From positions 1,770 through 65,769 of the forward strand of contig CACEDS010000005.1 in assembly GCA_902558395.1 (NCBI GenBank): a stretch of 64,000 nucleotides of DNA, given 5' to 3'. The notes under the pieces are model-generated. The model was not told the DNA's origin and ran no database searches. It saw only the letters and a list, made by a program, of their open reading frames with translations. Made by a program: the position numbers and the translations under genes. This DNA comes from an uncultured SAR86 cluster bacterium (GTDB lineage: Bacteria > Pseudomonadota > Gammaproteobacteria > Magnimaribacterales > D2472). Positions 57,841 to 64,000 of this stretch are shown piece after piece; position 1 is the stretch's first letter; every line of letters starts with the position of its first letter.

Positions 57841-58514
57841 CAGTCAGATTTGTTTTTAATAAGATCATTTACAGCATCATCTGTTAATTCATGAATACTC
57901 TTTAAATCTTTTTGTGCTATGTGAATTTGCATATTTTTGAGATTCTTGGATTTATCTATATTTCTATTGGTGATTTGCGTATTTATTGTTTTACTAATAT
58001 TAAGATTTTCATCTGAAAAATTTTTTAACTTAGATCTTTTTTTATCCCTACCAAGAGATTCTTTAAGATCAAAAAAGTATTGAGAAGCATCCCTTGCTTT
58101 TTTGATTGATTTGGTCGAAGTAGAGACTATTTCTATACAATCTACTGGACAAGGCTCAATGCAAAGCTCACATCCTGTACAAATATCATCAATGACAGAG
58201 TGCATCATGTTTGCAGAACCTACAATTGCATCAACAGGGCACGCATCAATACATTTCTTACAACCAATACATTCTTCCTCAATAATAGAAACTTTTTGCT
58301 CTTTAATTGTTGGACCGTATTCAATATCAACTTTCTTAATATTCTTTTTTAAAATAGTGTTGAGGTTTTTAAGTGTTTTTTCACCACCTGGCACACATCT
58401 GTCATGAGGATCACCATCTACAATGGCTTGAGCATATTGTTTACAACCCGGTGTATCACATCTACCGCATTGTATTTGAGGTAACTCTTTGTGTATTAAG
58501 TTAATTAATTCCAA
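57840..58514 (-). CDS. RnfB/RsxB-like Fe-S protein without N-terminal TM
   Basis: LPQIQCGRC..GC..YA, CVPGG, two CxxCxxCxxxCP motifs. Confidence 0.85.
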   Translation of the reverse strand: MELINLIHKELPQIQCGRCDTPGCKQYAQAIVDGDPHDRCVPGGEKTLKNLNTILKKNIKKVDIEYGPTIKEQKVSIIEEECIGCKKCIDACPVDAIVGSANMMHSVIDDICTGCELCIEPCPVDCIEIVSTSTKSIKKARDASQYFFDLKESLGRDKKRSKLKNFSDENLNISKTINTQITNRNIDKSKNLKNMQIHIAQKDLKSIHELTDDAVNDLIKNKSD

Positions 58515-58519
58515 TTTAC

Positions 58520-59560
58520 TTACTTTTTGACGCCAAGTTTCTCTTGAAGTTTTGAATTTGAAGTTGTGTATCCAAAGGGCACTCGCTCACCAGGGTATAA
58601 CCTTTTGTATGCCTCTTGAACTGCCAGTGTTGTCTCATGAAAACCAGATAAGATTAGGTCTAGTTTTCCTGGATAATCGTTAATATCTCCTACTGCAAAT
58701 ATACCTTCCACTGATGTTTGAAAATTTTCAGTATTTACAGATATTTTTTTACCATTTAGATCTATATTCCATTCAAGGATAGGACCTAACTTTTTATTTA
58801 AACCAAATAGAAACAGAAGTTCATCAGCTTCATAATGTTCTATTTCATTAGTATCAAAGTTCTTTAATGATACTCCTTTTACTTTATCTGAACCTTCAAT
58901 ACTATCAATCAAATAAGGCGTAAGAAGCTTTATCTTCCCAGCAGCAACCAATTCACGCATTTGTTCCTCAGTATGCTGAGCTCCTCTAAAGGCATCTCTT
59001 CTGTGAACCAGTGATAAAGATTTTGCTTTCTCAGCTAACTCAACACACCAGTCAAGAGCTGAATCACCTCCGCCAAATATAAAGATATCCTTATTTTCAT
59101 AAGTTGATTTTGAGCGCACAGCATAGGTAACACCCTTATTAATAAATTTATCAGGATCTTCTATATTGGGTGGTCTTCTTGGCTCAAAAGATCCGGCACC
59201 AGCTGCTATAAAAATATTTTTTGTAGTTAGTTTAGTTCCCTCATTAGTTTTTACTGACCAGTATTTATCATCTTTATGATCAATCTCAGTTATTTCTTCA
59301 ACTCTTTCATTAAGTATTAGCTCATAATTAAATGGCTTAATTTGTTCTAACAAAGCATCAACATGCTCTTGAGCAGTCTGAAAGGGCACCCCAGGAATGT
59401 CATAGATTGGTTTTTCTGGATAAAGCTCAGCACATTGGCCACCTGGTTTATCAAGATTATCTATAAGGACACAGTTCAAACCTAGCAGTCCTGCCTCAAA
59501 AACTGTAAAAAGCCCAACAGGACCAGCGCCAACAACAACAATGTCAATTTCTTTAGCCAT
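58520..59560 (-). CDS. TrxB-type ferredoxin-NADP+ reductase
   Basis: GAGPVG, GGQCAELYPEKPIYDIPG, GGGDSALDW, GDINDYPGKL.LILSGFHE. Confidence 0.9.
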   Translation of the reverse strand: MAKEIDIVVVGAGPVGLFTVFEAGLLGLNCVLIDNLDKPGGQCAELYPEKPIYDIPGVPFQTAQEHVDALLEQIKPFNYELILNERVEEITEIDHKDDKYWSVKTNEGTKLTTKNIFIAAGAGSFEPRRPPNIEDPDKFINKGVTYAVRSKSTYENKDIFIFGGGDSALDWCVELAEKAKSLSLVHRRDAFRGAQHTEEQMRELVAAGKIKLLTPYLIDSIEGSDKVKGVSLKNFDTNEIEHYEADELLFLFGLNKKLGPILEWNIDLNGKKISVNTENFQTSVEGIFAVGDINDYPGKLDLILSGFHETTLAVQEAYKRLYPGERVPFGYTTSNSKLQEKLGVKK

Positions 59561-61518
59561 TACTTAACCCTTAAACCAGGAACAGCTCCAGAATCTGGAG
59601 AAATTAAATATATACCTTTATCATCACTTGAGGCTAAAACCATTCCCTCTGATAAACCGAACTTCATTTGTCTAGGTGCTAGATTACTTACTAATACAAC
59701 CATTTTATCTATTAATTCATCAGGGCTGTATGCTGCTTTTATTCCAGCAAATACACATCTTTCACCTAACTCGCCAACATCTAGTTTAAGTTGAAGAAGT
59801 TTATCTGCTCCTTCAACAAGTGACGCTTCAACAATCTTTGCAACTCGTAAATCAATTTCTGCAAATTGGTCGATATTAATATAGTTATTTTCTTCGGTCA
59901 TTTCTTTTTCCTCAGGGATAATAATAGGGTCTAGTCTTTTTAATAGTGGTTTATATTTATTAATGTCTTTCTCAAGTTTTTTTTCAACATCATCAAAGGA
60001 TTGGTTGGTTTGATTTAGAAATTTGAAAGCTTCTTGAGTTATTTTTGGAATAATTGGACTCAGATAAATAGTTAAGATATTAAATGCATTAAGAGCTGTT
60101 GTGGCAATATATGCAGCCTCATCTTTATCTTTTTTCCAAGGCGTATTGTCGTTTATATATTTATTGGTAATATCTGCCAAATCCATAATAAGTCTTACAG
60201 CTTTAGAGAAATTTCTTCTTTCAAAATGTTCTATTATCGATTCATGTTGACTTGAAACTTTTTGAATTAAATCAAGATCATATGTTTCTGATAACTTATT
60301 ATCATTTTTTGCTATAAAGGATGAGCATCTGCTAGCAATATTTAAATATTTACCAACAAGGTCTGAATTTATTCTTTGAACATAATCTTCAAAATTAAGA
60401 TCTATATCTTCAACCTTGTCATTCAATTTTGCAGCAAAATAATATCTTAAGGTTTCAGGATCACAAATTTCTGCAAATTCTTTTGCCATAATTCCTGTAC
60501 CTTTAGATTTTGACATCTTCTCACCATTGATAGTCAAGAATCCATGAACATAAATACCGTTTGGTATTTTAAAATTTGATGCACTTAATAGGGCTGGCCA
60601 AAATAAGCCATGAAAGTAAGCAATGTCTTTACCTATAAAATGATAAATTTCATAATCAGAGTTCTCTGACCATAAAGTACTCATATCTACTTTATTTTTT
60701 GCAGCCCAATTATCAATAGAAGCTATGTATCCAATTGGGGCATCTAACCATACATAAAAATATTTATTATCTTCACCTGGTATTTCAAAACCAAAATATG
60801 GAGCATCACGTGAAATATCCCATTGTTGGAGATCATCATTTAACCATTCGTTTAATTTATTGGTTATAGGTTTTTGTAAATCGCCATTTGAAAGGAATTC
60901 TTTTAAAGCATCAATTTTTTTTGGTAGATCAAAAAATAAATGTTCACTTTCTTTATTAATTGGCTTGGTGTTTGAAATTACTGATATAGGGTCTTTTATT
61001 TCACTTACATCGTAAGTAGCACCACATACACTACAGTTGTCACCATGTTGATCTTCAGCGCCACACTTTGGACATGTGCCTTTAACAAATCTATCAGACA
61101 AGAACATTGATTCACTTTCATCAAATAATTGATTAATAGTATTTCTTGTAATAAAACCGTTATTTTTTGCCTTTGAATAGATAAGCTCTGAGTATTTCTT
61201 ATTTTCCTCTGAGTGAGTTGAATGATAATTTGTAAAGTTAATATCATAAAGTTTGTAAGTTTCCTCATGATCTTTTTGAATATCTTTAATAAGTTTTTCT
61301 GGAGAAATACCCATTTCTTTTGCTTTAAGCATAACTGGAGTGCCATGAGTATCATCAGCACAAAAGAATAAACACTCGTTACCAGTGTTATTTTGAAATC
61401 TTGACCAAATATCTGATTGAACAGCTTCAAGAATATGCCCAAGGTGTAGCGAGGCATTTGCATAAGGCAAAGCCTGAGTAATTATTATTTTTCTGCCTTT
61501 AGCTGTAGTTGAGCTCAT
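59560..61518 (-). CDS. metG: Methionine-tRNA ligase with C-terminal tRNA-binding domain
   Basis: ALPYAN..HLGH, Zn knuckle, [30 protein letters not shown]. Confidence 0.97.
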   Translation of the reverse strand: MSSTTAKGRKIIITQALPYANASLHLGHILEAVQSDIWSRFQNNTGNECLFFCADDTHGTPVMLKAKEMGISPEKLIKDIQKDHEETYKLYDINFTNYHSTHSEENKKYSELIYSKAKNNGFITRNTINQLFDESESMFLSDRFVKGTCPKCGAEDQHGDNCSVCGATYDVSEIKDPISVISNTKPINKESEHLFFDLPKKIDALKEFLSNGDLQKPITNKLNEWLNDDLQQWDISRDAPYFGFEIPGEDNKYFYVWLDAPIGYIASIDNWAAKNKVDMSTLWSENSDYEIYHFIGKDIAYFHGLFWPALLSASNFKIPNGIYVHGFLTINGEKMSKSKGTGIMAKEFAEICDPETLRYYFAAKLNDKVEDIDLNFEDYVQRINSDLVGKYLNIASRCSSFIAKNDNKLSETYDLDLIQKVSSQHESIIEHFERRNFSKAVRLIMDLADITNKYINDNTPWKKDKDEAAYIATTALNAFNILTIYLSPIIPKITQEAFKFLNQTNQSFDDVEKKLEKDINKYKPLLKRLDPIIIPEEKEMTEENNYINIDQFAEIDLRVAKIVEASLVEGADKLLQLKLDVGELGERCVFAGIKAAYSPDELIDKMVVLVSNLAPRQMKFGLSEGMVLASSDDKGIYLISPDSGAVPGLRVK

Positions 61519-61553
61519 ATATAAGCTGTATTATATGTGAAAAAGCATCTCAT

Positions 61554-62246
61554 ATGACCATTAAGAAAATATTTGCTATAGCATCTGCAAAAGGAGGAGT
61601 AGGCAAAAGCTCAATAACTGCAGGTATGGCTATAGAGGCAGCAAAGAGCTATAAAGTTGGCTTACTGGATGCAGATATTTATGGTCCAAACCAACATCTT
61701 TTATTTGAAATAGATAACACAAAACCCCAAATTATTAAAAAAAATGAGAAGAAGTTATTTAAACCCGTTGAGGCAAGCGGGGTATTAATAAACTCTATGG
61801 GACTAATATTGGATTCAGAAAAAGCAGCACTTTGGAGAGGACCTATGTTAAGTGGAGCTATAAAACAATTAATCCATTCAACTGATTGGGGTGATCTAGA
61901 TATATTGTTTGTTGACATGCCCCCAGGAACAGGAGATGCATACTTAACTATTGCATCTGAAATAAAACCTGATCACTCAATATTAGTATCAACGCCAAGT
62001 AAATTAGCACAACATGATCTTATTAGATCCATCGAGCTATTTAATAAACTAGATATAGATATTCTTGGGTACATTGAAAATAATATTTCAGATAATAAAT
62101 TTACCAATGATTTTGATTTAATTACAAAATTTAATATTAAAAAATTAGCAACAATTGATTTTAGTAATGATATTTATAATTTTGATCCTAATAAAACACA
62201 TATTTCATTTAAAGCTATATCTAGCCTTATCAGATCGCTTGTATAA
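61554..62246 (+). CDS. mrp: Mrp/ApbC-family P-loop NTPase, reduced
   Basis: SAKGGVGKS, DADIYGP, WRGPM, DMPPGTGD; divergent from metG as in other Gammaproteobacteria. Confidence 0.85.
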   Translation: MTIKKIFAIASAKGGVGKSSITAGMAIEAAKSYKVGLLDADIYGPNQHLLFEIDNTKPQIIKKNEKKLFKPVEASGVLINSMGLILDSEKAALWRGPMLSGAIKQLIHSTDWGDLDILFVDMPPGTGDAYLTIASEIKPDHSILVSTPSKLAQHDLIRSIELFNKLDIDILGYIENNISDNKFTNDFDLITKFNIKKLATIDFSNDIYNFDPNKTHISFKAISSLIRSLV

Positions 62247-62253
62247 TTAGGAG

Positions 62254-62952
62254 ATGAGAGGTTACTTTTTAATATTTATTTTATTCGGTTCCTCGCTGTA
62301 TGCAGAAGATATAAATGATCCCTTTGAAGATATAAATAGAGTTACTTTTGAGTTTAATGAATCTTTGGACCGAAATTTTTTAAAACCTGTTGCCAAAACA
62401 TATTCAAAAGCACCAAAGCCAATAAAAAAAGGTGTTACTAATTTTTTTAATAATTTAGAAGAAGTTGAAACCACTGTTAATCAAGTTTTACAAGGAAAGC
62501 CTAAACTCGCTCTTAATGACTTAACTCGTTTTGTTATAAATTCTACAATCGGTCTTGGTGGTTTTATAGATGTTGCAACAAAAATGGGTCTTACAAGGCA
62601 TGAAGAGGATTTTGACCAAACATTAGCTTTATGGGGAGTTCCATCAGGTCCATATATTATGCTGCCAGCTCTTGGACCATCGTCACTTAGAGATACTCTT
62701 AGCAGACCATTTTCTTCATTTTTATCTGTGACTTTTCATATGACGGAATCCGATGTCAATATTGCTCTAAAGGGCATTGATGCGCTTGAAACAAGAGAGC
62801 GCCTTTTAGAAATCGAATCACTTATTTACGGCGATAGATATGATTTTGTAAAAGATTCATATATCCAGTATCTGAATTATGAAGTTAAAGATGGGGTAGA
62901 TGTTGAGGATGAGTTTTTAGAAGAAATGGACGACTTTTTAATAGATCAATAA
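62254..62952 (+). CDS. mlaA: VacJ/MlaA phospholipid-asymmetry protein
   Basis: DPFE.INR..F.FN, RFVINSTIGLGG, EDFDQTL..WGVPSGPY.MLP.LGPS. Confidence 0.92.
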   Translation: MRGYFLIFILFGSSLYAEDINDPFEDINRVTFEFNESLDRNFLKPVAKTYSKAPKPIKKGVTNFFNNLEEVETTVNQVLQGKPKLALNDLTRFVINSTIGLGGFIDVATKMGLTRHEEDFDQTLALWGVPSGPYIMLPALGPSSLRDTLSRPFSSFLSVTFHMTESDVNIALKGIDALETRERLLEIESLIYGDRYDFVKDSYIQYLNYEVKDGVDVEDEFLEEMDDFLIDQ

Positions 62953-63909
62953 ATCTTCTAATTCTTTTCTATGCTGACCAAGAGATTCTTTTTTTATTAC
63001 TTCTAAAATCTTAATCCTAAAAGTTTTTGCAAATTTATCACCTCGCGATAGGCCAAAAAGGTGTTTCATCATTTTTGATAAGTCATGGCCTTCTTGAAGT
63101 TTATCTTCAACATAATCTAAATACTGATTAAGAATAGATTTTTTAGAATTTATATTTGACTCAATACCATATAGTTCTGTATCAATGTCTTTAATTAAAA
63201 AGGGGTTTTCATATGCTGCTCTTCCAATCATAACTCCATCAACATATTTAAGATGATCTTTGCATTCATCTATAGTTTTAATACCGCCATTAATTGTAAT
63301 GTTTAGATTAGGAAAATCTTTTTTTAATTGATAAACATAATCGTATTTAAGCGGGGGAATATGTCTATTTTGTCTTGGACTCAATCCTTTCAAAATACCA
63401 TTTCGTGCATGAATGATAAAATGCTTAATCCCAGCATCTTGAACAATATTTACAAAATTATATAAAAATTCATAATCTTCATGATGATCAACTCCAAGTC
63501 TACACTTTATAGTTACTGGAACCTTGACATTTGTTTGCATTGCACTTAAACACTCTGCTACGTGTTCTGGCTCAAGCATTAAACAAGCACCAAATCTACC
63601 TTTTTGAACTCTATCGGATGGGCAACCAACATTTAAATTGATTTCATCGTAACCATAATCCTCGGCTATTTTTGCAGATTTAACTAAATCATCAACATTA
63701 GAACCTCCAAGCTGAATTGCAACAGGATGCTCCTCTTTATTGAACTCTAGTTGATGGAAACATTTGCCATAAAGAATGGCTCCGGTTGTAACCATTTCAG
63801 TATATAAAAAGACTTTTTTAGAGATTAATCTTAGAAGATATCTGTCGTGCATATCAGTATATTGCATCATCGGAGCTATAGATGCCTTATGCATGTTTGA
63901 ATAAGACAT
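62938..63909 (-). CDS. dusA: tRNA-dihydrouridine(20/20a) synthase
   Basis: APMM, QLGGS, NLNVGCPSDRVQKGRFGACLM, GLSPRQNR.IPPL. Confidence 0.95.
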   Translation of the reverse strand: MSYSNMHKASIAPMMQYTDMHDRYLLRLISKKVFLYTEMVTTGAILYGKCFHQLEFNKEEHPVAIQLGGSNVDDLVKSAKIAEDYGYDEINLNVGCPSDRVQKGRFGACLMLEPEHVAECLSAMQTNVKVPVTIKCRLGVDHHEDYEFLYNFVNIVQDAGIKHFIIHARNGILKGLSPRQNRHIPPLKYDYVYQLKKDFPNLNITINGGIKTIDECKDHLKYVDGVMIGRAAYENPFLIKDIDTELYGIESNINSKKSILNQYLDYVEDKLQEGHDLSKMMKHLFGLSRGDKFAKTFRIKILEVIKKESLGQHRKELEDLLIY

Positions 63910-63911
63910 TC

Positions 63912-64000
63912 TTACAATAGATATACGATGGATAAGAATCCAACAATTGATAAAACAATTGTGTATGGAAGGGCCATCATGACCATTCTTAGATAAGATA
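63912..64000 (-). CDS. nhaB: Na+/H+ antiporter NhaB, C-terminal fragment (runs off the window edge)
   Basis: Hand translation SYLRMVMMALPYTIVLSIVGFLSIVYLL* matches the NhaB C-terminal SYxRMVxMALPYT motif. Confidence 0.8.
   Translation of the reverse strand, partial: SYLRMVMMALPYTIVLSIVGFLSIVYLL

Noticed and set aside
2267-62474. Numerous short antisense or alternate-frame ORFs in the track (e.g. 2267-2521, 4604-4966, 14449-14748, 40754-41065, 42623-42937, 58102-58407, 61005-61463)
   Set aside because: They lie wholly or largely within well-supported genes and have no recognisable motifs; they are shadow ORFs.
1-64000. CRISPR arrays, IS elements, prophage, rRNA, riboswitches
   Set aside because: I saw no spaced direct repeats, transposase, integrase or phage genes, rRNA-like tracts or recognisable riboswitch consensus by eye. 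A covariance-model scan was not possible.

Overview
This is a gene-dense, strongly AT-rich window (roughly 30-33% GC by eye) with very short intergenic spacers. It comes from a streamlined marine-type gammaproteobacterium; the gene content (rnt, dusA, grxD, nhaB, long-form queF, TtpC-type TonB operon, many lipid/fatty-acid enzymes and TonB-dependent receptors) is consistent with SAR86, which is an inference. Most of it is housekeeping or catabolic: ald, tdk, gcdH, an S9 peptidase with a divergent TBDR, a TonB-ExbBD operon and a MacAB-like exporter, MoxR/VWA, queF, coaBC-panBCD, rhlE, cofE, pdxJ, metG, mrp, mlaA and dusA. There are three tRNAs: Ser-GGA, Arg-TCG and Arg-ACG. I found no integrase, transposase, prophage, CRISPR or rRNA. 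The most interesting part is an islet just after tRNA-Ser (35.3-37.4 kb). It holds (1) two paralogous MASE1-like membrane proteins around a winged-helix regulator, (2) a 70-aa orphan protein with a near-consensus LexA box in its promoter and a C-terminal beta-clamp-type motif (QMEFSF), and (3) a roughly 215-nt transcription unit carrying an 11-nt match to the 16S 3' tail. Also notable: a candidate AraC regulon defined by a shared tandem motif, a tandem DUF3604-PPIase-HupE/UreJ cluster, near-identical tRNA-Arg ACG/TCG paralogs, two genes apparently using non-canonical start codons, a Cys-less Mrp, and repeated leaderless-promoter geometry. All family assignments are from motif recognition, not database searches.
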